A stretch of DNA of 64,000 nucleotides from a bacterium (GTDB lineage Bacteria; UBA8248): the NCBI GenBank assembly GCA_965213685.1, contig CBDBZY010000041.1, forward strand, positions 524,778 to 588,777, written 5' to 3'. The notes under the pieces were generated by a model, which saw only the letters and a program-made list of their open reading frames with translations, was not told where the DNA came from and did not search any database. Below, one piece after another: positions 24,500 through 36,069 of this stretch (within the stretch, counting starts at the first letter, position 1; every line of letters begins with the position of its first letter). A program made the position numbers and the translations under genes.

Positions 24500-26930
24500 G
24501 TCAGAATGAGAGCAGATTTTTACCTCATAACTACAGCAGTCCAATTAATTCTAATCGTGTTGGTTTGCATTGTACAGGCACTACACAGCAATAAAGAGAA
24601 GGTTACTTTAACCTTGCTAACGTTATCTAAGTTGCAGCTGATTGACACCATGTCACTCCCATGTTGAGTTTCTATTTCTCCTATATCCTTGAGACTGATA
24701 GCATGTGTGCAATGTGTAGAGTGATTCCAGAGCATAACCAGAGTAATGTTTGCTATGGTAGGAACTTGACATGTGACAGGTAAACAGCCCATAGGGGCCT
24801 CACTGCTAGGCCATGCTCAATGGACCAAGTGAATGCAATTTACTCTATTCCTCAATCCTCCACATTTCTTGAGGGATATCCTACACATTTTGAACATTCT
24901 ATATACTACTTCAGTGCCAGATGTTGAGAGAGCAAATGTGCAACTGAGGTAGCCATATTAAATGGTTAAAGTAACCATGAAATTTTTGCAGTGTACTAAA
25001 CACTGTTTCCTACAAAATTAATAGGCTATTTTATGGAGTGCTATTAATACGTACAAAAAACATTGTAGTACGTCTTGGGTACTCAATGAACCATTTCATC
25101 ATTTTTGCTGCACTCTGGAGACTCAACCTCCACACACTGTATCACTACACAGCAATAGTCTGGCGGATATGATCCATTTCATTTTAGGGCAATGAAGTGC
25201 ACATTTACAAACATTAAGCATGTTAGATTGTGCATAGCACCATCAATTACATTCACAAACGTTGAGCATGTAAAATTATGCATAACAACCATCAATAGCA
25301 CTCAGATAGTTATTTATATTAAACTGACACTTAAACTATGTTGTATAATTTCAACTATGATTTAGCAAATTAACAAACACAAGTTACAAGATTTCAGTTG
25401 ATCGTAAGGACCTACATTTTCACCATCCTAGCTCAAAACTTGTGCTAACAACACAATAGTTCTAGAATGCTATGACATCATATTCCAATCATGCTCATCC
25501 ACTCTTCATCTTTTATGTAAATAGACAATATTCATGTCAGATTACCCTCACTTGAGTACACACATAATATTACACATTTCTGCAATAACAATAATTTAAA
25601 AGCAACTTGACGGTTATGGACTTTCCAGGTGCTTGTCATCATTCTCTGGAGACATAATGAAGAGCCTCCACTTTCCGCACTATACTATTCATTAGTCTAG
25701 TAGCCATGTTTTAACACGTTATACTGGACTTTCGATTGTGAGAATTACCTTCAATTTGCTACACAGCAAAAAAGAGATGGTTGTTTCAACCTTGAGTAGG
25801 GTTATCTCAGTTGCAAGCACTCAAGTATAAAGTTATCATATGGTTCCCACACTACAATTCAACAGTTATGAGTTGCATACTGTGTCTTATGCTGTCTCTA
25901 GATTGTGTATATAGGGTGCATGTCTCCAGGGTAATGGGTGATGTGACATGTGCTTGAAACATGATGGGTAAGTAGCATACCTCTCCTACACAATCAGTGC
26001 CATAGTCGTGATCAGTCAGTGCTATGTCATGCTCAATCAACTTGTAACTCCCTTTTCCTTAACTGCTCAATGGCCTCATTACTTAGAAGATCTCCTACAC
26101 ATTCTGCACATTCTATAGTGCCAGGTATTGAAAGATGCAACTGAGATAACCTTACATATGGGTTAAAGTAACCATCATTCTTTTGCAGTGTATGTGTATA
26201 CTCTTTTTTTATATCTGTCCTCATAGGCGTAAAAATACATACAGTTCTAAGATTGGGGGATACAGTAGCTGCTACTTGTCGCGCGTAGTTTGCGTATCGC
26301 CCTCCCTCTGTCCTAAGACTTTTGGGAGGAGGGGCTGTAGAACTGAAGAGAAACATTAGGGGAGGGCTATAGCCCCCAAAGCCCCCACGGTTCCGATGCC
26401 TATATACCTATTATACTCACGGCGGCACATATATTTAGAGCGCTGCGACTTTGACGCCTCCTTATGTTGAGAGATTGCAACTTACAAGCACGTGGCAAAA
26501 GAAAAGATCTATCTCATCCTCTCACCTGCCACAATAGGTACGATGTGAAGACACGGGAAGGTGTATGATAAGTTGCTGTCACGTTTCTCAACTGAGGTGC
26601 GATATCTGTGACTGCAATCACCCTTCTTCATGCAGGAGGCATCAGGAATCAGACTTTGCTATAGTAAGGTGCTAATGACCCCTCTTGACGTTCTTGAGGT
26701 GCTGCTAGTCTACCTTTATAGTTATTCCCCAGTTTTGACGTCACCCAGAGCGTAGATAATGGACATTATTCAGGTCATCCTCGTCACGCGTATTAGGTAC
26801 CACGGGGCTCACCCACGCGTCTTCCTCTTCCCATTCTTCCCACAAAGTATCCTCAGTTTCACAGTGCAGTGTCTGTCCCACTGCAATGCAAATGTGCGCT
26901 GTGTGTGTTTCATTACATACTATCACACCT
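24500..26930 (-). mobile_element. Decayed transposon-derived ORF fragments (CACTA-like terminus cacagcaaaaa at ~25762)
   Basis: Related segments at 24850-25010 and 26040-26200. Homologous piece at 47430-47665. Confidence 0.3.
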
Positions 26931-27665
26931 AGTACGCAGGGGCGGCGGCAGCCAACTTTAGTTGGGGGGGCGAGGCAAGATAACGTGTTTGCGGAATCTA
27001 CGCGGCCAAAAATCTAATCCCGATTCGAGGACGTAAACGTGCCCGATACTGTACGGAATTACAGTATTGGTACGTTCAGTTGGGCCAGTCCCATTGTATT
27101 TTTTGTATGGGGCCCGCCTTACAGCTCGAATCGACATGAAACCCCAGTGTCGGTTCGAGGCCGTAAGGGCCTTACGTGCTCGATTCGAGCTCCTCCTTGT
27201 CCTCGATTCGATACCTTACGGCAGTCGGTATCGAATCGAGCCCAATTATTATTGGCTGTGTACGCTGTACGTACGCGCTACATATAGGTTATACAGCTAG
27301 TCCATGGGCCCTTAGTAGCGTCCTCGTTTCGCTCGGACGCTACAGCCCAGGGCCCTCGGGTTTCTAAATCACGTATTTCCATTGGACGAGCTGTATAACC
27401 GGTTTAGACTGTGCGTACACATTGCTTATTAACAAGCGTCCGTAGCAACAAGATTTCAAGTTTAGTGCAGTCGCCTGTAGAGATGAAAGCCTTCTTCTGC
27501 GACGAAACAAACGACGAAAAGCTCGACATTGATGCGCTCATGCTGGCAGCAAGCCAGCATTACGAGCGGACATTGTTGACTCCGTCGTGACCCAACGCAG
27601 GGCCTAACCTACCTGCGCCGAGCTCTACTGCCCAGCTATTAAAGTGCTGCTATGTTCCTATATGT

Positions 27666-28034
27666 ACAAGTAATAAAAACATTTTCAAAAAATGTTGAGG
27701 GATGTAGGGATGGCAGTGCCAAAACCCGCAGAAACTAGATATGGTGGTGGCAGTGTCCAGGCAAGACAGGGTATACAAGGACTACACAAGTAACCCCATC
27801 CCTACATCTTTTTTTTCTCCATGATAGTACTGTGTATACCTAGGCTATGGTATGAGATGACTGGGAAGGGTTGCACTTGAAAAAAAGAAAAGATGTAGGG
27901 ATGGGGTTACTTGTGTAGTCCTTGTATACCCTGTCTTGCCTGGACACTGCCACCACCATATCTAGTTTCTGTGGTTTTTGGCACTGCTATCCCTACATCC
28001 CTCAACATTTTTTGAAAATGTTTTTATTACTTGT
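27666..28034. repeat. Inverted repeat with ~150 bp arms and ~75 bp spacer (foldback/MITE)
   Basis: 27666-27814 is the near-perfect reverse complement of 27889-28034. Confidence 0.9.
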
Positions 28035-28072
28035 TTGTACTCTTTTTCCTTGTACAATAGTACAGTAACAAT

Positions 28073-28753
28073 GCTGGAATGGAATAGCTAGGGGTCCAGA
28101 AAGGCTTAGAACGCGAGCGTTCGCGAGTTAGGAAGGCTTTCCTATGTACGCGCACTATGGGCGTGTCGGTGCCATCCCTACATAGAGGGTCTACCGACTC
28201 TCTGATAGTGAAGTTGGACGCTACTCGAACATGCCACATTCAGCGACTACAGCGGAAATTAATAGGCGTGGCTTTTCGCGAGGCCCGCCCTCACGTGCTT
28301 ACCGTTTACGCCACGTGACAATAACTATTACAAATATGATTTCCAAATATGGGAAGTTGTCCGGGCCTTCTAGTTTCTGCCCATTTGGGAAGGTACTAAG
28401 AGTTTTATTAGCGCAGATCGTACTTTGTAGTGATTACAGTGGATCCGTGAAAGAACTACGGTGATTACTTCAGCCAGTTTTGAGGAGCGTTAGTCTAAAG
28501 AAATGTCTTAAGAAGAAGAAGAAGAATAGGAAAGAAAGACAACGACCTTTGGAGAGTTTTCTGGTAGTAAGTCAAGGGGTGCGTTTTAACTACTTGGGGG
28601 GTATTGTTGGATAGAGAAACGCTGGAATAGAATAGCTAGGGGCCCAGAAAGGCTTAGAACGCGAGCGTTCGCGAGTTAAGAAGGCTTTCCTATGTACACG
28701 CACTATGGGCGTGTCGGCGCCATCCCTACATAGAGAGTCTACCGACTCTCTGA
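28073..28753. repeat. Element with ~135 bp direct repeats (28073-28206 and 28621-28753), possibly Helentron-derived
   Basis: Highly similar direct repeats around a (GAA)n-containing core. Confidence 0.7.
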
Positions 28754-29199
28754 TATATATATATATATATATAATCACATTATATTATTTAGGGGGGAGC
28801 ATTAATTAGTGATATGCAGGTGGCATAGTTGAAATACACAGTATAGTTAATTCCTCCATAACTAATTCTGTGCGCAGAGTATTCTAACCATGCAGTCCCC
28901 CCCTCCCCCCCTCTCACTAATTCAGTGTGCCCTGGGCCCTGGCCCTTGCCCTGTCAAATATGACCAAACATCATGTAACCTCATATATCCCATCAAACGA
29001 CCAAGGTTAATGAGCAAATCTGCCCTCGGGTACTGGTATTGCTAGTATCTCAGACTAGTCTTGTTTCGGTCTGGGAATGAGACTAGTCTCAGACTTAATT
29101 GGTGCAGCTACATGTAAGTGAGTACAGTACGTTGCACTATAGGCAAACAATTTGACTAATGAATGTTCACCGCATGAACATCCACTCAAAACTGTGTAA

Positions 29200-29600
29200 C
29201 TTCCACGATTCAAGATAGATAATGGCTTAAATGTATATGTGCACCATGAAAGATCTTTGCCCCATATCTGGTTGGGCATATGGACCATTTTCATTCTGAG
29301 TTTTATTCTTATATGACATTGTGTAGGCTTGCTGCTTTGTTTTCTTTAAATAAATTTAATATTATTCTAAGCTGTTGAAGTTGTTACAGATGTATATTTT
29401 TATAAGCCGATGAGGTTGTTACATATACTTATTTTTCTAACTAAGCCATTGAGACTGTTCTCCAAATGTTAAACTCTATTTTTCTAAGCCATTGAGGTTG
29501 TTGTTAAATTTAGTTTGTTTTATAGTGTGTGATTCTTTCTTTCTTCTCTGTTCTCTTCTTTCTTTCATTGTAGCGCACTATGCATGTGATTGTTCATGTA
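29200..29600 (+). repeat. Tail repeat of a Penelope-type element (tttctaagccattgaggttgtt units)
   Basis: Reverse complement of 52230-52470, which adjoins the RT remnant. The motif recurs at ~13760, ~53715-53820 and ~56316. Confidence 0.55.
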
Positions 29601-29736
29601 TGACATAGCTATAAAGGCGAACAATTTGAATGATCAACACATCCATCTGCAATTGCATGACTTCCACAAATCAAAATAACGTGCATGTACTAATTATACA
29701 AATTGTTCTCCAGTCCAGTGGTTAAACACAAAGCTT

Positions 29737-29792
29737 ATCCCAGACAGAGGCAGACACCAGGTGGAGGAGCAGGGTGGGTAGGGAGAACATGC
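29737..29792 (-). pseudogene. Truncated P2X terminal exon, copy B
   Basis: GMFSLPTLLLHLVS, then a deletion. Confidence 0.65.
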
Positions 29793-30994
29793 CTGAGGGA
29801 GGGAGGGAGGGAGGGAGGGAGGGAGGGGAGAGAAGTAGAAACAGGGAAAGGAGAGAGGGAGGAAGTCAATGAGGGAGGGAAGGAAGGAGGGAGAGAGGAG
29901 GGAAAGAAGGAGGGAGGGAGGAGAGAGTGGGAGGGAAGGAAGGAGGGAGAGAGGGAGGAAGGTAGGAGATGGTAGACTAGGAGGAAGGGGGGTGGTATCA
30001 TACACAATGTACACGGCATGTTTGGCATGGAAACAGAGGAGGTGTTTGTATGGTATGGTGGTCATTCACCTTGCCTTCTCCAGGTTTCTAAGACTCACAA
30101 AAAACAGCCCCATCCCCAACCCGACAGCATCTGCAACAGATGAAAGCATAACGTATCATGTCAGGAGCCACATGAAGAGTGGTGAAGGAGCATACAAGTG
30201 CAGTTTATCAAAACATAGCACTACAGTCATAGTTGAACTGCTGTGGGGCCTCTGGCTGGCCTCCAACAACTTCCGTATTAGGAAGCTTTTGAATCCACAC
30301 GGCGGTGTGGATATTACATAAGTTATACACTCTTTTGCCGCCCTTCGGGTGGTTCATATGTTCCTGAATGTGTAATGTGCATGTACATGTACACTGTACT
30401 TGTATATACAAACTTTGGAGTAGAGTAGAAACTGAACGGCGTATTGTATCCCCTGGTACTCCTTTGAACCATGTGGCATCAGCATATGTACAATGTACTT
30501 ACATGACAATACATGTACATGTACAATGTCATGTAGAATGCTATGAACACGTTATCCCATGTATGATAATAATTATTACGACACACATGTACACTGTATG
30601 TAGGTCACCTAATGTACTTGTACTATTTTGGAAGTGTTTGAGTTTCCAGCACATGTATGGTATGGCCACAGTGTGTATATACAGCAGCACAGTGTCCAAA
30701 GCAGTCGTCTGGTCCTCCTCACTGTCTGCATACAGTAGCATGCATCTGAAATGAGGTGGAAAGAGGGGGAGGGGGAGGGGTGCAGAGGGAGCAAGTAAAG
30801 TATAGAGAAGAGGAGGGAGGGAGAAAAACAGGTGCAGAACAAGAAGTGCGCAGCCACACAAGTGTACATGTACTTTATGCTACAGCTTCATGTGCACTGC
30901 TATGAATAAATAGAAAATTTCACTCAGTGTGGCTCCTCCCCTGATGGAGAGGAGTTACCGGTCGATCCCTAGAGGGATTCTGAAGGCACATACA

Positions 30995-31145
30995 GAGTGA
31001 TATTGAGAATTGTGAGGGCTGGCTGTCACCCGGTGGTCATAGCTCAGGTGGCACTGACAGTTAAAGACAGAGGCCCCCGGTTCAATCCCGGGTGGCTGCT
31101 GATTTTTCAGTTCTCTAAAAATATTCCCAAGCCTTTCCTCATGTA
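30995..31145 (+). mobile_element. tRNA-derived SINE (paralogs 32850-33003 and partial 54905-54965)
   Basis: A box tagctcaggtgg and B box ggttcaatccc. Confidence 0.65.
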
Positions 31146-31389
31146 CTTACGCTACATGTACATGTACTGTACAGAAATGTAACCTCATGTAGCATACAAT
31201 AGCATACATACATCTGCAATGAGATGGAAAGGGGGGAGGGTAGCAGGGGAAGGAAAGAGGAGGGAGGAAGAGATCCAGGCACACAACATGTGTGCACTAG
31301 CAACTGGCCCACATGTCATGTGTATTTATGCTACCTGCACATGTACATGACATTATACATTTTATACATACACACAAATAAACATACAA

Positions 31390-31548
31390 AAGGTCTCGAG
31401 ATCTCCCTTGCACATTCGATGACCTATGACCAAAGTGACCTGGGTCAGCACAGACGAATCCAGGTCTGTGAAGATGGCAGAGCACTGGTTGGTCTTCTCA
31501 CGGTCTGGCGGCAGACAGTGCTGGGAGGTGGCAATCATGTGGCGCTCG
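31390..31548 (-). pseudogene. Isolated DOCK-family (DOCK1-5-like N-terminal region) exon
   Basis: SERHMIATSQHCLPPDREKTNQCSAIFTDLDSSVLTQVTLVI resembles the DOCK motif SE.......GLP.D......A.FTDL.S..L. Confidence 0.6.
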
Positions 31549-33750
31549 CTGCTCGTGGGGAGAGGGAGGGAGGGAGGGAGGGAGGGAGATAGGTTGGAAG
31601 AGCATGTCCAAACATACAGTGCCATACATGGATATACATGTACATGTACATGTACTGTACATGTACACTGTCCCATGAGTACATTTACACATGTATCTGA
31701 AACAGGAGAGGCAGAGGGACAGGGAGACAAGGGAGAAGGGAAGAGGATTGAGACGTACAGTGTCGAGGGTAGAAGGGGTGGATGAATAGAGGATGGATCG
31801 AGGGAGGGAGGGGGAGGGAAGGAGAGGGAGGGAGGGGGAGGGAGGGAGGGAGGGAGGGAAGAGAGGCATGGAGCTTGAGCAGCAGCACAAGCCCCACATG
31901 GAGGTGGAGGGGGTGCACTGTACAGTAGAGGGGAATACTGTGCCAGTAGCACAATAGCACACATCACTAGACACCCACCAGCCTCACATGCACACCACAC
32001 AATACACCACTGCACTGCCCCACCCTCACCACACTATACCTTGACAAGCACGCATGGGTACATGTACGTCACTGAGCCAGACAAAAGAAGGCAGGGGCGG
32101 AGCTTGTTCTGCTGTATTTGGTCGGTGGGAAGTAGCCATGACACACTATTAGCGGCTAACTGTTGGAAGTACGGAGAAGGGGTTAATGTTTTTCACAACA
32201 GTAGCAGGCCTACACCACCTGCTTTTGTGCACAATTGCCATACACAGCAGACACACGTGTGTATGTAGTAGCATGGATAGAAGGTTGCATGGTAGATGAG
32301 TTATGGAGGCTAGAGGGAATGTGCTGACATCCCCTTGCGAGTACCACTTCCGCAAGCTGTTCCAAGGCAAGAGCCTAGTACTGGCACACGCGATGAGCTA
32401 GCAATCACATGAGTAGCAAATGACGTAAGTGTTGAAAATGCCAAGGAAATTCACTACCTGTCCCAGACCACTTCACTTTTGGGTGGTCTGGGAATGAGAC
32501 TAGGCACAAAATGTGAGTAAAATCAAACTAAGAGAGCTGTTCCCAACACATGTGACCTCTGACCTGTGTAAAGAGCTCTTTCTTCTCCCTCCTGGCCTGC
32601 TGGACGTGGTAGGCTGCCAGAGTGTCCAGGACAGTCATCTGGTCCTTCTCACTGTCTGCATAGCTCATGTCTGCATCTGAAACAGAGATGAGGGAGGGAG
32701 GGAGGGAGGGGAGGGAGGGAGGGAGGGAGAAAGAGGGAGAGAGGGAGGAAGATAGGGAAGAAAAGGTGACCTATACATATACATTGTACATGGCTCCTCC
32801 CCTGATGGAGTTACTGGGCGATCCCTAGCGGGATTCTGACGGCACATACAGAGTGATATTGAGAAGGCTGGCTGTTACCCAGCTAGTGGCCATAGCTCAG
32901 GTGGTAGAGCACTGACAGCTAAAGTCAGAGGCCCCCGGTTCAATCCCGGGTGGCTGCTGGTTTTTCACGGTTCTCTAAAAATATTCCCAAGCCTTTCCTC
33001 ATGAGTGCATGAGTGTACATGTGCCACAGCATGTGAAACATTTTCTTTTGATCACTGACCACTTCGAGATGCCTCCAATAGTCTGACAAACTCTTCATGT
33101 TCATTCTGCTTGTAGTAGTGGAGCTGATGGCAGAAGAGAAGGAGGAGGAGAAGGAGGAGGAGGAGGATTTCCCACCTGCCATATAAGGTAGAGGGGGAGT
33201 ACTCACAGCGAGGGCCACCTATGTATGCAGAGGAGCTCTCTCATCTCTGAGGATACTGATCACCTCATCTCCCTCTGGTAGCTGGTCAATGTCCAATTCA
33301 ATCACCTGGACACAGGGAAAAGGCTGGCCATGTGCCCATGCACACACTTTGCTGCTCCACACACTACACTGCACACACAATACCAGAATGCACACACATG
33401 CATGCACACATGTACATGTATACGTGCATGTGGTTTTGTCGAAAGCCATAGTGCGCATTGAATAGAACTAGCGTCTTTCTCTCCCTCATGCTCACGCAGA
33501 GTGAAGCTCTCTGCAGGCTCACCTCGTCCGTGTCCCTGAGAGGAATCTCTATGGAGGACGCACCAGGTACGTAGCGCGTGGCCATCTCCACTCGCTGCCG
33601 CAGGAGAGAGGGCGCAGAGGCTGGAGCGATGGAGTGCAGTGAGCGTGAGGTGCTTCTATTTAGAGCACATGGGCGGAGTTAGTGTATACATGTAGGGACC
33701 CTACATGTACAGTATGTTATACGTGTAGGAATGTACATATAGGGCATAGG

Positions 33751-34174
33751 CACCTGGTGATGGAGTTCTCTGGTGACACAGGTGAGGAAGAAAGAATAAA
33801 GAGACAAACTTCTGTCCCGGGCATCGAACCTGGGCCCAGTGACTGGGAGTCCAGTGCACCAAGCGAAAAGCCATTACCCGGGACAAAAGTTTGTCTCCCC
33901 ATTCTCCCTAGAGGGGTTCTGACAGCACAAGATTAGGGTGGTCTGTCAGTGGGATGTTGACTGAATAGTCAACGAACACTGCCAGCATATAAGGAAGAAT
34001 GGGGAGACAAACTTTTGTCCCTGGTAGTCTTGTCGCTTGGTGCACTGGACTCCCAGTCACTGGGCCCAGGTTCGATGCCCGGGACGGAAGTTTGTCTTTT
34101 CATTCTTTCTTCTGCACCTGTGTCACCAGAGAACCTTGTGTAGGAATGTACTTGTTGCCAGGTAACTCCATCCT
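33751..34174. repeat. Foldback made of two inverted tRNA-like units
   Basis: 33764-33905 is the reverse complement of 33997-34134. Each arm has a B box ggttcgatgccc and an anticodon-like arm. Confidence 0.8.
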
Positions 34175-34373
34175 TCATCTTATCCTCTTCCTCATCTTCC
34201 AGATTGTTTTCCTGATCGTCCCCTTCTTCCTCTTCTTCCTAGTTAACCTTCCTCCTCTTCCTTCTCCTACTCCTCTTCCTAATAATTGTTAGTCCCTCCT
34301 CCCACTCCTCCTCCTACTCCAGATTTCTCTATCACTCACTCTCCCCCTCCCTCCTTCATGCTCTCTCTCATAT

Positions 34374-34738
34374 CAGTGGCGGCTCCTGGGGGGTTTCTGG
34401 GGTTTCTGGAAACTGGTCAAACTTTGCCTGCCATTAATTTTCACCGCCGAGCATAGCGCTACGCGTGAGCATTGCTTATTAGCGGTGAGAATTCAAGGTT
34501 ACATTTGATTTTGTTTGCACAACTGCTCAACATATGGCTCAGATTCAATCTCTGGAGGCCTGATTTTCAAAATTTTCCTGGGGGGGGCATGCCCCCCTAA
34601 GTAGTCTTGCGTGCATTGCATACGTTTGGAAAATTCGTATGGCTCGCGAGACTACCCCCCCAAGTACTGCAATGTTTTGTCTGCAGCAAATTCTTAACCC
34701 TTAGAAACTACTTGACTTTTGTTCAGGAGCCACCACTG
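34374..34738. mobile_element. MITE with 5-bp TSD (hAT5-like)
   Basis: TIR cagtggcggctcctg / caggagccaccactg. TSD catat. Empty site near 56908. Confidence 0.75.
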
Positions 34739-35178
34739 CATATCACTATATTACTGCCGTCTTCATCAGTCCAAACATGTGATGTCACAATCATTCTGAT
34801 TGTCTGAAGAAACTGCTTTTAATTAATAAAATTCTACAAAGATCACAACGCATTAATAAGACAACGCACATATCAGCTAGTGTAGGATGTTGGAGTGAAT
34901 GTATAGAAATAATAATAATGAACACTTCATTATATGAACAAGGTGTTTTGTTTACTACGGTGTAATATGATTGTTGTACAGTATACATGTAAACCAATTT
35001 TAGTTAATCACAAATTAAATGTTAATTATTAAGCCAACACACAAAATAGCAAGTTATAAGAGTGAAGTAACACGTAATGCATAGCAGCATACACAAATTA
35101 TCTATGATAGCACATCACTGCAATAATTAGTGGTAGTTCACATGTACAGTTGTGGTGTTATCAGAGAAGCAATCAGTG

Positions 35179-36069
35179 TTACTCTAATGATCCTACCCAC
35201 ACTTGCTGGGAATATCCCACAACACCCACCACATACCCTCCAGCCACAAGCAGTTCACCAGAGGGGAGTACTGCACAAGAGGGAGCAGCGATTTCCGCAG
35301 GAAGCTCTCCACCCTTGCTCCATTTCTTCCCTTCTGCCTCATATCTGTAGAGCTCCTTTCTCATCCCCTTCCCTCCTACCAGTAGCAAGTGGTTCTGCAG
35401 GGCTAAGAGTGTGGGGCCACATACTGGAGGGGATGGCAGTTCCTGCCATGTTGGGCCAGTGGTGGTGTTGCGAGTTGCGTTTGATATCAGGGTGGGGAGG
35501 TGGGCGGAGAACACGTGAGGCTGACCACCACTCCAGTTATATGATGAGATGTATACATAGTCATTAATGATGACTGCTGTCATGCGGTCACCCCCCACAG
35601 GCACTGGCTGTGCACTGTACCACTGGTGAGTGGAGCAGTCCAGGACTTCTACTGTGTCCTTGTAGAGGTACCCACATGACACAATGAGGTATTGCTGGTA
35701 GCCCACAGCAGCTGAGAATGGTCTACCAGTTGGCATTCTTGGGTAGTGCTGAGTATTCCAGCGATGACCCTCACTGTCCCATAATTGGATAGCAGTGCTG
35801 CCTCCCAAACCACCAGCTAGTAATAGCTGGTCCTTGGCTGATGCCATGGAAAAGCAGCGTTCAGTGCTCTTTGGCAGCTGAGACCACTCACCAGTGGTAG
35901 AGTTGTATTGCACTATGACATACTGATTGCTGCTCTCCTCAGCATACCCACCTCCAATGTGGATCTGTCCCTTCAGTAATGTAGTTTGGGCACACCGGAC
36001 TCCAAAGGGCAAGTCCTTTCCTCTCCTCCATTTGAGTGGGAGGGGCCATCTCAGTGGCTGGACCTGGGG
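35179..36069 (-). CDS. Kelch beta-propeller terminal exon (copy 3)
   Basis: Open 297 codons, paralog of 5064-5954. Confidence 0.9.
   Translation of the reverse strand, partial: PQVQPLRWPLPLKWRRGKDLPFGVRCAQTTLLKGQIHIGGGYAEESSNQYVIVQYNSTTGEWSQLPKSTERCFSMASAKDQLLLAGGLGGSTAIQLWDSEGHRWNTQHYPRMPTGRPFSAAVGYQQYLIVSCGYLYKDTVEVLDCSTHQWYSAQPVPVGGDRMTAVIINDYVYISSYNWSGGQPHVFSAHLPTLISNATRNTTTGPTWQELPSPPVCGPTLLALQNHLLLVGGKGMRKELYRYEAEGKKWSKGGELPAEIAAPSCAVLPSGELLVAGGYVVGVVGYSQQVWVGSLE

Larger units (their letters stand above)
30070..33585 (-). pseudogene. CTR9: CTR9 5'-fragment mosaic, copy B
   Basis: Exons 33585-33523, 33305-33207 (TGG>TAG at 33219-33221), 33123-33060 and 32676-32564 (15-nt deletion). Second degenerate exon 4 at ~30665-30744. 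Exon 7 at 30130-30070. Confidence 0.88.

Noticed and set aside
34015-34092. Functional tRNA genes (also 11700-11790 and 54102-54175)
   Set aside because: Poor acceptor and D stems, and embedded in repeats. Treated as SINE-like.
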